Assembly (NCBI GenBank): GCA_964623895.1
Contig: CAZUWA010000001.1
Span: 24,829-88,828 of the forward strand
DNA from: an uncultured Lachnospiraceae bacterium
GTDB taxonomy: Bacteria > Bacillota > Clostridia > Oscillospirales > CAG-272
Length of the DNA: 64,000 bases
Reading direction: 5' to 3'
Position numbers and translations under genes: made by a program. This document shows, in pieces, positions 39,994-48,985 of this stretch. The notes under the pieces were generated by a model. The model had not been told where the DNA came from. It was given only the letters and a program-made list of their open reading frames with translations, and made no database searches. Each line of letters starts with the position of its first letter. Within the stretch, counting starts at the first letter, position 1.

Positions 39994-41406
39994 ATGGCAA
40001 ACATGTCTTTGAAAAAGAATCCGATGCCTTCACAAGAACCTCTTGTAAGAGCGCACAATTTTAAAGAAGTCGCGCTCGGGTATGGTGAAGAGACAGCCCT
40101 TGACGAGGCGGCAAGATGCTTAAACTGTAAGAATATGCCATGTGTCTCCGGATGTCCTGTAAAGGTACATATTCCCGCATTTATTGAACGAGTTAAGGAA
40201 GGAGATTTTGAGGGAGCATATCAGATCATTTCAAAAAGCTCCAGTCTTCCGGCAGTCTGTGGCAGAGTTTGTCCGCAGGAGAGCCAGTGCGAGAGCAAAT
40301 GCGTCAGAGGTATCAAGGGTGAGCCGGTCGGTATTGGGCGACTTGAACGTTTTGTAGCGGATTGGCACAATGCACACGACAGTGATAAGATCGCGGTACC
40401 TGCCCCGAACGGTCACAAGGTGGCTGTTGTCGGTTCAGGTCCTTCCGGGTTGACCTGCGCGGGTGATCTTGCAAAAAAAGGTTATGAGGTTACTGTTTTT
40501 GAGGCATTACATCTTGCGGGCGGGGTATTGGTATATGGTATTCCCGAATTTAGATTGCCCAAGGCGATCGTAGAAAAAGAGGTCGACACTTTAAAAAAAT
40601 TAGGTGTGAAGATCGAGACGAATATGGTCATCGGCAAGACACTGACCGTCGATGAACTGTTTGAACTTGGCTATCAGGCTGTTTTCATCGGTTCGGGAGC
40701 AGGGTTGCCGAAGTTTATGGGCATTCCCGGTGAATCGCTCAAGGGCGTATATTCCGCAAATGAATTTTTGACGAGATCAAACTTGATGAAAGCCTATAAG
40801 GAAGATAGTACTACCCCCATATTGAAAGCGAAAAATGTGGCAGTTGTGGGTGGTGGCAATGTGGCGATGGATGCTGCGCGAACAGCTCTTAGACTGGGTG
40901 CAGAGCATGTATATATCGTATATCGCCGTTCTCTCGAAGAACTTCCCGCAAGGAAGGAAGAGGTGGAGCATGCGATGGAAGAGGGTATTGAATTTAAGTT
41001 GCTCAATAACCCCACCGAAGTTCTTGGTTATCATAATCCCGAGGATAAACGCGATCCGAAGAACGGCAGTGTCGTCGGCTTGAAGTGCATCCAAATGCAA
41101 CTCGGTGAGCCGGACGCTTCCGGCAGGCGCCGTCCGATCGAAATTCCCGGTTCGGAATTTGTGTTGGATGTTGATTGTGTTATTATTTCGATCGGAACTG
41201 CTCCCAATCCTCTCATCAAGAGTACCACTGCGGGATTGGAGACCAACAAGCACGGAGGAATCATCGTCACCGAAGAAACGGGCGAGACCTCTAAAGAAAA
41301 TGTTTATGCCGGCGGAGACGCCGTTACAGGCGCAGCAACGGTCATTCTTGCGATGGGTGCGGGCAAAACCGCTGCGGCGGCAATCGATCAAAAATTGATG
41401 GGCTAA
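39994..41406 (+). CDS. NADPH-dependent glutamate-synthase-beta-like oxidoreductase (NfnB/GltD-like)
   Basis: 4Fe-4S motif CLNCKNMPCVSGCPV and dinucleotide motifs VVGSGPSGLTCAGDLA and VVGGGNVAMDAAR. The ATG at 39994 lies 1 nt after the NfnA-like stop. Confidence 0.9.
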   Translation: MANMSLKKNPMPSQEPLVRAHNFKEVALGYGEETALDEAARCLNCKNMPCVSGCPVKVHIPAFIERVKEGDFEGAYQIISKSSSLPAVCGRVCPQESQCESKCVRGIKGEPVGIGRLERFVADWHNAHDSDKIAVPAPNGHKVAVVGSGPSGLTCAGDLAKKGYEVTVFEALHLAGGVLVYGIPEFRLPKAIVEKEVDTLKKLGVKIETNMVIGKTLTVDELFELGYQAVFIGSGAGLPKFMGIPGESLKGVYSANEFLTRSNLMKAYKEDSTTPILKAKNVAVVGGGNVAMDAARTALRLGAEHVYIVYRRSLEELPARKEEVEHAMEEGIEFKLLNNPTEVLGYHNPEDKRDPKNGSVVGLKCIQMQLGEPDASGRRRPIEIPGSEFVLDVDCVIISIGTAPNPLIKSTTAGLETNKHGGIIVTEETGETSKENVYAGGDAVTGAATVILAMGAGKTAAAAIDQKLMG

Positions 41407-41414
41407 GTGCAAAA

Positions 41415-41445
41415 GGACGCAACGCAAACGGTTGCGCCCTTTTTT
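41415..41445 (+). terminator. Rho-independent terminator after the Nfn-like pair
   Basis: Stem GGACGCAAC/GTTGCGCCC with a 7-nt loop, followed by TTTTTT. Confidence 0.8.
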
Positions 41446-41449
41446 GTTC

Positions 41450-41819
41450 AATTTTTAAACCTTTGTAACCATTGGCGGCCATAGCATTGCCTGCGCAAAA
41501 CCGTTGATTGCCCACAAAATGGCCATTAAGGGAAGTGAAAATGCATAGCAGGGGAAGAGAAGATTGATCACGCTTACAAATGATCAATCCCATAAAAATG
41601 AGGTTTTCTGGTATGATCTTGTTATCGATTCTGCTGTTGATGATCTGCCCGAGCCCGTAGGATATCGGCATAGATACAAGAATGATCGCGGGTAAATCCG
41701 GTAGAATCCGATACTGCTACAATGATCGCGCCGAAATTGATTCGCGTAACATAGCTTGCAAAACAGATATAAGCAAGTAGCCACGCCAAGCGACTCCCGT
41801 TGATAACAGATTTTTTCAT
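41450..41819 (-). pseudogene. Frameshifted, 3'-truncated remnant of an MFS transporter gene
   Basis: An MFS-like N-terminus (MKKSVINGSRLAWLLAYICFASYVTRINFGAIIVAVSDSTGFTR) from the ATG at 41819 continues in another frame (AIILVSMPISYGLGQIINSRIDNKIIPENLIFMGLI) after a shift near 41690-41700. It then decays into the nfnB terminator. Only about 115 of an expected 400 or so codons remain. Confidence 0.6.
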
Positions 41820-41902
41820 AGCGCATTCCTTCTTTCCTTGACCAAAAATTATAACACTATGAAGAAAATTTATCAAGTTTTTTATCTGAAGCAAAACAGG
41901 GA

Positions 41903-41931
41903 TTGACAATCCGAAAAAAATGTGTTATTGT
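41903..41931 (+). promoter_or_regulatory. Sigma-A-type promoter
   Basis: TTGACA (41903-41908), a 17-nt spacer, then TATTGT (41926-41931). Confidence 0.5.
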
Positions 41932-41959
41932 AAGGAAAAAGTGAGAGAAGGAAGTTTTT

Positions 41960-42403
41960 ATGAATGCACATATGAGCAAGCCGCTGTTTTACATTCTTTC
42001 CTTTACATGGGGACTGCCGATGAACTTGATTGGAATAGCAGTGGCAGTTTATTTGCTCCTTACGGGACACCATGCAAAGCGGTGGAATTACTGCTTTTAT
42101 TTTGAAGTCGGCGAGGGCTGGGGCGGCACGGAATTGGGTGTATTCTTTTTGGTCAACAAAAATCCAAGCGCACATATTAAAGATCACGAACACGGACACG
42201 GTATTCAGAACTGTTATTTCGGACCGCTTATGTTGCCGATCATTTCGATCCCGTCTTTTTTGCGCTACTGGTACAGGGAACTGCGCTATCACCGCAGGGG
42301 AAAGAACCCACCTGTGGCATATGATTCGATTTGGTTCGAAGGTTCTGCGACAAGGCTTGGAAGGGAATTGAGCAATTGGTTGCATGGAGAAAATAATTGT
42401 TGA
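41960..42403 (+). CDS. Small membrane protein with HExxH motif (putative zincin-like)
   Basis: 147 aa with two or three hydrophobic helices and the motif KDHEHGHGIQ between them. GAAGGAAG RBS. Confidence 0.6.
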   Translation: MNAHMSKPLFYILSFTWGLPMNLIGIAVAVYLLLTGHHAKRWNYCFYFEVGEGWGGTELGVFFLVNKNPSAHIKDHEHGHGIQNCYFGPLMLPIISIPSFLRYWYRELRYHRRGKNPPVAYDSIWFEGSATRLGRELSNWLHGENNC

Positions 42404-42456
42404 CAATCGCTAAGATCTGTGCTACAATATGCGAAAACGTAAAGGTGGTATCTTTA

Positions 42457-43134
42457 ATGGAGTATGAGATCAAGGGTGGGTCATTTCCGGTTGTTGTTTG
42501 TCAACTTTCAAACGGCGAAAAGATGATCACTGAGCGTGGTTCGATGGTTTGGATGACTCCCAACTTGCAAATGGAAACAAAGGGTGGCGGTGTTGGCAAG
42601 ATGTTCTCCAGAATGGTTTCTGGAGAGAGCATTTTTCAGAATATATATACTGCCCAAGGTAATGCTATGATCGCGTTTGGTTCAAGTTTTCCCGGACGGA
42701 TCAAAGTCCTTGAGATCGCGCCCGGTAAAGAAATGATCTTGCAGAAATCTTCTTTCTTAGCGGCAGAAGCAGGGGTGGAATTGTCTGTGCATTTCAACAA
42801 GAAATTAGGTGCAGGTTTGTTTGGCGGGGAAGGTTTTATCATGCAAAAACTTACCGGAAACGGCATTGCTTTTGCGGAGATCGATGGGGAATTGATCGAA
42901 TACGAACTGCAACCCGGACAGAGGATCATTGTCAGTAGCGGCAATGTTGCAGGCTTTACCTTTGGTGTGCAAATGGACATCACAATGGTTTCGGGCATGA
43001 AAAACAAACTGTTCGGTGGGGAAGGATTCTTTCAAACCGTTCTTACAGGTCCCGGAAGAGTGTGGCTTCAGACAATGCCGATTGTGTCGGTCGCGACTGC
43101 CATTAGCCCGTATATTCCATCCGGAAATGATTAA
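42457..43134 (+). CDS. AIM24/TIGR00266 (DUF124) family protein
   Basis: MEYEIKGGSFPVVVCQLSNGEKMITERGSMVWM... and the repeated GGEGF motifs characteristic of the family. The ATG at 42457 follows AAGGTGG. Confidence 0.8.
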   Translation: MEYEIKGGSFPVVVCQLSNGEKMITERGSMVWMTPNLQMETKGGGVGKMFSRMVSGESIFQNIYTAQGNAMIAFGSSFPGRIKVLEIAPGKEMILQKSSFLAAEAGVELSVHFNKKLGAGLFGGEGFIMQKLTGNGIAFAEIDGELIEYELQPGQRIIVSSGNVAGFTFGVQMDITMVSGMKNKLFGGEGFFQTVLTGPGRVWLQTMPIVSVATAISPYIPSGND

Positions 43135-43150
43135 ACAGCGTTGACTCTAC

Positions 43151-43182
43151 TACCGACTGCCTGCGCGCGGTCGGTATTTTTT
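43151..43182 (+). terminator. Rho-independent terminator
   Basis: Stem TACCGAC/GTCGGTA followed by TTTTTT. Confidence 0.7.
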
Positions 43183-43192
43183 GGTGATAAAA

Positions 43193-44785
43193 ATGAAGAG
43201 AAAAGGGATTAAACGTACCGTTTTGACGATTTTTTGTCTATCCTGCATTGCAGGTGTCATAACGGGTATGTTGATATTTTTGTTTAAAGCGGCATCTTCT
43301 GTCGTTATTGACTTTTCAGGCAAGTTGTATGCCTTTGTGCGTGCGGATATCAATTGGCTTCCGCTTTTTCTTGTAGGTGCTACTGTTGTCGGTCTTTGCT
43401 CTGCGCTGATTCTTCAAAAAGCAAAAGATTGTCGCGGAGGCGGTATCCCAACAGCAGTGGCATCTGTTCGCGCACTCATTCCCATGCGATGGGTAGAGGG
43501 GATATTCGGTGTGTTTTTTGCCGCGATGCTTACTTATCTTGGCGGTGTGCCGCTCGGTAATGAAGGACCGAGTGTTCAGATGGGCACGGCGGTTGGCAAA
43601 GGGACGGCATACCTCATCGGTAAAAAGGGCAGAGCGTATGAACGCTACACCATGACCGGTGGTGCGTGCGCCGGCTTTGCCACGGCAACAGGTGCGCCGT
43701 TGACCGGCATTATTTTTGCACTTGAAGAGGTGCACCGTCGTTTTTCGCCGACCATCTTTTTGGCGGCGGCAACTTCTGTTTTGACGGGGAGCGTCACACA
43801 AGACCTGCTTGCACGCATTTTTTCTGTTGATGTTTCGATGTTTTCCTTTGACTTTTCCGGTAAATTGGCGATCAAAGAACTTCCGCTTGCCGCGTTGGTC
43901 GGTATCCTTTGCGCGTGCGCGGCTTTAGCTTTTACCCTACTTTACCAACGCATTCGTCGTATTGTGAATCGACTTCTCAAAAGGATATCATTTGTGCCGT
44001 TGGTAGCGCTGATATTTGCCGTATGCGCGTTGCTTGGTTTTTTTTCCTCTGATTTAATTGGCTCAGGGCACGCTTTAATACACAGAATTCTTTCAAATGA
44101 AACGGTATGGTACATTTTGATCTTTGTCTTTATTCTGCGCGCGATCAGCGTGATCACCGGCAATACCGCTGGGATTACCGGCGGAGTTTTTCTGCCGATT
44201 CTCACATTCGGTGCAATTCTTGGCGCAATTTTGGGAGAAGTTGCATTGACGTTTGGCTTGGTCAGTGCCGAAGGCTATCCGGTTTTGATCGCGGCTTCGA
44301 TGGCTACATTTCTTGCAGTTGCATCACGCACACCGATCACTGCAGTCGCATTTTCTGCGGAAGTGCTCTGCGGAGTAGAAAACGTACTTCCTGTTGCTAT
44401 TTCGGTGGCAGTCGGATATATGGTTGCGGAAATAAGTGGGATCACGTCCTTCAACGATGTTATCATTGAAAGCAAGGTGGAAGCGGAGCATGAAGGCAAA
44501 ATGCCGTTGATCGTTGATACCCATATGACGGTCTGCAACGGTTGCTTTGCGGAAGGGCAGGAAATCAGAGATATTCTTTGGCCGCCGACCTGTACCGTTC
44601 TATCTGTGGTGCATTTTGACAAAACAGCCGGCTCGGCGCTTGCTGTGGGGGATATACTGCATATTCACTATGCGTCATATGAACCGGAGGAAACGCTAGA
44701 TGTACTATACGGTATCCTTGGCGAGCAGGAAGAGATGCGGACAAAAACGCATATCGGCGGTGAAAATCATACCGTACCGGATTAA
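43193..44785 (+). CDS. ClC-family chloride channel/H+-Cl- exchanger with C-terminal TrkA-C-like domain
   Basis: Selectivity motifs CRGGGIP, GNEGPSVQMG and GVFLP. About 10 or more TM helices. Confidence 0.9.
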   Translation: MKRKGIKRTVLTIFCLSCIAGVITGMLIFLFKAASSVVIDFSGKLYAFVRADINWLPLFLVGATVVGLCSALILQKAKDCRGGGIPTAVASVRALIPMRWVEGIFGVFFAAMLTYLGGVPLGNEGPSVQMGTAVGKGTAYLIGKKGRAYERYTMTGGACAGFATATGAPLTGIIFALEEVHRRFSPTIFLAAATSVLTGSVTQDLLARIFSVDVSMFSFDFSGKLAIKELPLAALVGILCACAALAFTLLYQRIRRIVNRLLKRISFVPLVALIFAVCALLGFFSSDLIGSGHALIHRILSNETVWYILIFVFILRAISVITGNTAGITGGVFLPILTFGAILGAILGEVALTFGLVSAEGYPVLIAASMATFLAVASRTPITAVAFSAEVLCGVENVLPVAISVAVGYMVAEISGITSFNDVIIESKVEAEHEGKMPLIVDTHMTVCNGCFAEGQEIRDILWPPTCTVLSVVHFDKTAGSALAVGDILHIHYASYEPEETLDVLYGILGEQEEMRTKTHIGGENHTVPD

Positions 44786-44807
44786 GAAAGTGATCAATTT
44801 TCATTTG

Positions 44808-44847
44808 AAAACCCACCTCCCGAACATGCGAATGGGAGGTGGGTTTT
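44808..44847. terminator. Bidirectional terminator between convergent genes
   Basis: AAAACCCACCTCCC ... GGGAGGTGGGTTTT, a perfect 14-bp stem including its A/T arms. Confidence 0.8.
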
Positions 44848-44854
44848 GAGGTTC

Positions 44855-45643
44855 TTAAGATAATAACGCTTTATCGTTGAGTGCTTCTCCGTTTTCCGAG
44901 AATTTTTTGATCAAGAACTCAACGGTCAGGTTTTTCTTTTCCTCGCCAGATATATCGTAAATGATCCTACCGTTGTTCATCATGATCAACCTGTTTCCGT
45001 GTTTGATGGCATCTTGCATGTTGTGTGTGATCATGAGTGTCGTCAGGTTGTTTTCGGTAACGATCCGATCTGTGATCTCCAACACTTTTGCTGCGGTCTT
45101 GGGATCAAGCGCTGCAGTATGCTCATCGAGAAGTAACAGCTTTGGGTGATTCATAGAAGCCATCAGTAGAGTCAATGCCTGCCGTTGACCGCCGGAAAGA
45201 AGTCCGACTTTGCTCGTGAGGCGTGTTTCCAGTCCCAACCCCAACTGTTTGAGTAATTCAGCATATTCTGCACGTTCTTTTTTGGTAATACCCCACGCCA
45301 ACCCTCTGAATTTGCCACGGCGTTTTGCAAGTGCCAAGTTTTCATCGATCTGCATGTCTGCGGCAGTACCAAGCATTGGATCTTGGAACACCCGCCCCAA
45401 AAATTTTGCTCTCTTGTATTCCGGCTTGGCGGTGATATCAATGCCGTCAACCAAAATCTTTCCACTGTCGATCGACCAAACGCCTGCGATCGCATTAAGC
45501 ATGGTCGATTTTCCTGCACCGTTTCCTCCGATGACGGTGACAAAATCGCCGTCATTCAAAGTAAGCGAAAGGTCTGAAAGAGCGAGCTTCTCATTGATCG
45601 TACCGGGGTTAAAGGTTTTGGTGATATTTTTTAATTCAAGCAT
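44855..45643 (-). CDS. ABC transporter ATP-binding protein
   Basis: Walker A GGNGAGKST, signature LSGGQRQ, Walker B LLLLDEHTAALD. Confidence 0.9.
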   Translation of the reverse strand: MLELKNITKTFNPGTINEKLALSDLSLTLNDGDFVTVIGGNGAGKSTMLNAIAGVWSIDSGKILVDGIDITAKPEYKRAKFLGRVFQDPMLGTAADMQIDENLALAKRRGKFRGLAWGITKKERAEYAELLKQLGLGLETRLTSKVGLLSGGQRQALTLLMASMNHPKLLLLDEHTAALDPKTAAKVLEITDRIVTENNLTTLMITHNMQDAIKHGNRLIMMNNGRIIYDISGEEKKNLTVEFLIKKFSENGEALNDKALLS

Positions 45644-46535
45644 CCTGTTTTACCTCCAGCTGTTTTTTCTTTTTGAAATATTTGCTCTTGAGATAAGGAA
45701 TTGCCAAGAAGATCGCCACAACAAGTGCGGAGAACATCTTCAAAAGGTCCGGGTCCAGTCCAAGACTGATGATGACTTGATAGATAACATAGTAGATGAT
45801 ACCGCCTGCCAGTACGCTGATCAGACGGATGGCGAAATTGCGGCTGATTTTTGAGAAGAAGGCATCGCCGATGATGACTGCGGCAAGTCCGATGACGATC
45901 GCGCCTCTACCCATGTTGATGTCAGCAAAACCCTGGTATTGACAGAGCAGTGCACCGGAAAGTGCAACAATGCCGTTTGACAGAGCAATGCCGATCACCT
46001 TATTCATCCCGGTATTGATGCCCTGCGCGCGACTCATTGCGGCATTGCAGCCTGTTGAACGAATCGAACAACCGCGTTCAGTGCCGAAGAACCAATAAAG
46101 AAAAGCGATTAAAATGATGGAAAAAACAGCAATGACACCGATCGACTGATACACCTTCATAGAAGAGAGCAGAACCGTAAAATTGCGAGAAGATACCGGA
46201 ATATTCGCTTTGCCCATGATCTTTAAATTGGCAGACCACAGCATCAACTGCGTTAAAATACCGGAAAGAATGGGTGGAATGCCCAAAATTGTATGAAAAA
46301 GTCCTGTTATCAAGCCGCAAATAATGCCTGCCAGTGTTGCAAGCAAAATGGCAAGGTACACATTGACTCCGGATGTCAATAGCACTGCACATACAGCGGC
46401 ACCGGTACAGATAGAACCGTCTACGGTAAGATCGGCAACATCAAGGATCTTGAAGGTGATGTACACCCCGATCGCCATAATGCCCCAGATCAGCCCTTGT
46501 GCGACAGCACCGGGCAAAGCGTTGAGTAAACTCAT
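45636..46535 (-). CDS. ABC transporter permease
   Basis: Polytopic 299-aa protein that overlaps the ATPase start by 8 nt. Confidence 0.85.
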   Translation of the reverse strand: MSLLNALPGAVAQGLIWGIMAIGVYITFKILDVADLTVDGSICTGAAVCAVLLTSGVNVYLAILLATLAGIICGLITGLFHTILGIPPILSGILTQLMLWSANLKIMGKANIPVSSRNFTVLLSSMKVYQSIGVIAVFSIILIAFLYWFFGTERGCSIRSTGCNAAMSRAQGINTGMNKVIGIALSNGIVALSGALLCQYQGFADINMGRGAIVIGLAAVIIGDAFFSKISRNFAIRLISVLAGGIIYYVIYQVIISLGLDPDLLKMFSALVVAIFLAIPYLKSKYFKKKKQLEVKQDA

Positions 46536-46608
46536 TTGTCGTTTCCTTTCTAATATACAGAGAGGGAGCAGTGCCCCTTTATGAACAGAGCACCGCTCTC
46601 AATCTCTT

Positions 46609-47571
46609 TTACTTTTCAATAGCAGTGTAACCTTCGGGAACGAGAATGCCCAATTCTTCGCACATTTCTGCATTGTACAGTTTGGTGGCAGTGGCGTAAC
46701 CGATTGGCATTTCCTCAATCTTTGCTTCGCCCTTTAAGATCTTTGCAGCCATCTCGCCGGTAGCATAACCGAGGTCATAGTAACTAATGGATAGAGTTGC
46801 AATGCCGCAACCGGTGCAGATGCCCTGTTCGCCTGCGATCAGCGGAATCTTCGCCTTGCGCACTTCGTTACCGATGGTCTCAGCGCAAGTTGCCGCGGTG
46901 TTATCGGTGGGAACATAAAGTGCATCGGAATTTGCAACTGCCGCGGCGGCGATTGTTGCAATATCGTTCGAGTCGGAGAAGGGATATTCGGTTACAGTCA
47001 GACCTTTTTCTTTGAGATAGTTCTTGACGGCATTGACCTGATATTTGGAGTTTGGTTCACTGGAGCAGTAAATGATACCGATTTTCTTAGCGGTCGGAAC
47101 GAGGTCAATGATCATCTGTGCCTGTTCATCGAGCGGAGCAAGGTCGGAAGTACCGGAAACATTTCCGCCGACAGTGCCATTGAAGTCGCTGATATTGAGT
47201 GCGACACCATATTCGGTAATGGATGTACCAAGGATCGGAATGCTGTCTGTTGCATTGTAAGCAGCTTGCAGGGCAGCGGTCGCATTTGCCATGATCAGAT
47301 CATGCTTTTTTGAAACAAAACTGGTGCAGATGGTCGTGCACAGTGCAGGATCGTTGGAAGCGTTCTGGTCGTCGAATTCCACATTTTCTTCGCCAAGAAT
47401 GTCCTTAAGTGCTTGTTTGAAACCTTCCGTTGCCTGATCAAGGGCAGGGTGTTGAACGAGTTGGCAAATGCCGACGGTGTAGACCTTTTTCTTTTCGGTG
47501 CAAGAGGTAAACGTGCTTACTGCTGTCAGCAACGTGATGCAGGCAAGGATCAAACTAATTGTTCTTTTCAC
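46609..47571 (-). CDS. ABC transporter substrate-binding lipoprotein (ABC_sub_bind / PF04392-like class)
   Basis: GTG start behind AAGGAG and lipobox FTSC. The sequence VYTVGICQLVQHPALDQATEGFKQAL...DDQNASND is typical of this family. Confidence 0.8.
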   Translation of the reverse strand: MKRTISLILACITLLTAVSTFTSCTEKKKVYTVGICQLVQHPALDQATEGFKQALKDILGEENVEFDDQNASNDPALCTTICTSFVSKKHDLIMANATAALQAAYNATDSIPILGTSITEYGVALNISDFNGTVGGNVSGTSDLAPLDEQAQMIIDLVPTAKKIGIIYCSSEPNSKYQVNAVKNYLKEKGLTVTEYPFSDSNDIATIAAAAVANSDALYVPTDNTAATCAETIGNEVRKAKIPLIAGEQGICTGCGIATLSISYYDLGYATGEMAAKILKGEAKIEEMPIGYATATKLYNAEMCEELGILVPEGYTAIEK

Positions 47572-47640
47572 GGTGATTTACTCCTTTTATGAATAAAATA
47601 AAATGAAATTTATATTGACCGCCTTCGAAAGACGGAGAAT

Positions 47641-47911
47641 AACAAAAAGTCTCTGTGCACTCATTACAAGCGCACAGAGACGACGATGATCGGCGTGTTA
47701 CCACTCTGCTTTACGGCTTTTTTACAAAAACCGCCTTATCGGGCAAAATTGTCCGCGCTTTAACGGGCGCACCGGCGAAAGGACTTTCTTCCTTCGCGGC
47801 TTGCGGAGTGTAATTCATTTCTTCTTCTCCGGCAGGTCACACCGACCCCTGCCTCTCTTTGGGAGGTAGCAAAGAAACTACTGCGTTCCGTTCATTGCTT
47901 TTAAAAATATT
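47641..47911 (-). promoter_or_regulatory. T-box riboswitch leader (tRNA-sensing transcription attenuator) controlling the ABC importer
   Basis: Read on the minus strand, the leader carries the AGTA-type element CAGTAG, an AG bulge AGAGAG, the distal loop GGTGTGA and a specifier region GAAUUACAC. It also has the T-box sequence AGAGTGGTAACACG (47692-47710) and the terminator GTCTCTGTGC...GCACAGAGAC + TTTTTG (47641-47682). Confidence 0.85.
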
Positions 47912-47917
47912 GATATT

Positions 47918-47946
47918 ATTCTAACATGCCGAAACACATTTGTCAA
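47918..47946 (-). promoter_or_regulatory. Sigma-A promoter of the T-box leader
   Basis: On the minus strand: TTGACA (47946-47941), a 17-nt spacer, then TAGAAT (47923-47918). Confidence 0.65.
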
Positions 47947-48165
47947 TAGGTATTTGAATGTTTTTTGAAATTTTAAAAACATTTTGATTTGCAAAAGGAT
48001 AGTTTTTCTAAGGTGAATACTACAGATGCGACATTTTGTGTCGGCATACGGAATGTTGCCGGGGCAAAAGTGATCCGTTTTTGTTTGATCTATCTAAAGA
48101 ATAGCGACACGATTGCAATACAGTTAAAAAGTTTTGTAAAAAAGGGTAATTACTATTGCATTTTT

Positions 48166-48194
48166 TCAGAGAATATGTTATACTGACTCTGTAA
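48166..48194 (+). promoter_or_regulatory. Sigma-A promoter with extended -10 for the PqqD-peptidase-BY-kinase operon
   Basis: TTGCAT (48166-48171), a 17-nt spacer, then TATACT (48189-48194), preceded by TGt. Confidence 0.55.
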
Positions 48195-48262
48195 TGAGCT
48201 TTGCAATGCAAAATTCATGATCACAATTTGTGCCGTTGAAAGACGGTGGGATGGAGATGACG

Positions 48263-48529
48263 ATGAAGGTCAAAAGCGGATTTGTTGTTCATACTGTCGG
48301 CGGTGAAACGGTTGCAGTCGCTTCGGGAGAACTTGCAATGGAGTTTAACGGAATGGTTAAATTGAAAGGAACGGGTGCGTTCCTTTTTGAGCTTCTTCAG
48401 AATGATATCACCGAAGAGGAGCTTGTGACAAGGTTGGCTGAGGAATACATCGTGGATGTTGCAATCGCAAAACGAGATGTGCGCGCGTTCTTGGCGAGCC
48501 TTGAAAATGCAGGATTGATCGAGCAATGA
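48263..48529 (+). CDS. PqqD-family protein (RiPP recognition element-like peptide chaperone)
   Basis: The C-terminal pattern KLKGTGAFLFELLQNDITEEELVTRLAEEYIVDVAIAKRDVRAFLASLENAGLIE is the PqqD/RRE winged-helix signature. The start is ambiguous (48251, 48257 or 48263). Confidence 0.8.
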   Translation: MKVKSGFVVHTVGGETVAVASGELAMEFNGMVKLKGTGAFLFELLQNDITEEELVTRLAEEYIVDVAIAKRDVRAFLASLENAGLIEQ

Positions 48530-48984
48530 ACAGATCGGTGTCTTTTGAAGACAAAAGGACTTTTCTTTCAAAGAATGGTTTTTACCTCTCCACACCGGAA
48601 GGGAACAGTATGTTTCCTTTTGTAAAAGGACGCAAGGATTCGGTCGTGATACTGCCTGTTAAAAAAGAAATACGGCGTCTTGACGCTATTCTTTATGAAC
48701 GGGCGGACGGAAACCATGTTTTGCATCGTGTTATTGGCAGGGATGGCGATTGCTATATTGTACGGGGGGACAACTGTTATTACAAAGAGTTTGTGATACC
48801 CGAACAGATCATCGGTGTCCTTTCGAAAGTCTACAGAAACGGAAAAAAAGAAAAAGACGTGAATGGACGTGCGTATCGCTTTGCCGTTATGGTTTGGAAC
48901 ATTCTCTATCCGTTTCGTTTTGTTGGACATGCCGTTTTGCAGATCCTTCGGCGGCTTAAACGATTTTTGATTGGAAAAAAATAA
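48526..48984 (+). CDS. S24/S26-family peptidase with Sec11/SipW-type (S26B-like) Ser-His-Asp layout
   Basis: GNSMFP (Ser), VLHRVIG (His) and IVRGDNCYY (GDN box). There is a C-terminal hydrophobic helix and no N-terminal TM. ATGA-coupled to the PqqD gene. Confidence 0.75.
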   Translation: MNRSVSFEDKRTFLSKNGFYLSTPEGNSMFPFVKGRKDSVVILPVKKEIRRLDAILYERADGNHVLHRVIGRDGDCYIVRGDNCYYKEFVIPEQIIGVLSKVYRNGKKEKDVNGRAYRFAVMVWNILYPFRFVGHAVLQILRRLKRFLIGKK

Positions 48985-48985
48985 G

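Noticed and set aside
43135-43192. A possible fluoride (crcB-type) riboswitch upstream of the ClC gene.
   Set aside because: The 58-nt gap is fully explained by the upstream terminator hairpin and an RBS. There is no room for, or motif of, a fluoride riboswitch. The ClC also carries a TrkA-C-type tail rather than looking like a ClC-F.
47989-48186. A 65-aa track ORF in the gap between the T-box promoter and the PqqD operon.
   Set aside because: It starts at a non-ATG codon without an RBS and lies upstream of, and across, the predicted promoter. Its composition is low-complexity and AT-rich, and it matches no family pattern.
48217-48306. A 29-codon Cys-rich ORF (MITICAVERRWDGDDDEGQKRICCSYCRR) just downstream of the operon promoter, overlapping the PqqD gene start in another frame. 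It is tempting as a RiPP precursor for the RRE.
   Set aside because: It has no Shine-Dalgarno sequence and overlaps the better-supported PqqD start region. No maturase (radical SAM or similar) is nearby. An ORF of this length is expected by chance. It is worth a conservation check only.
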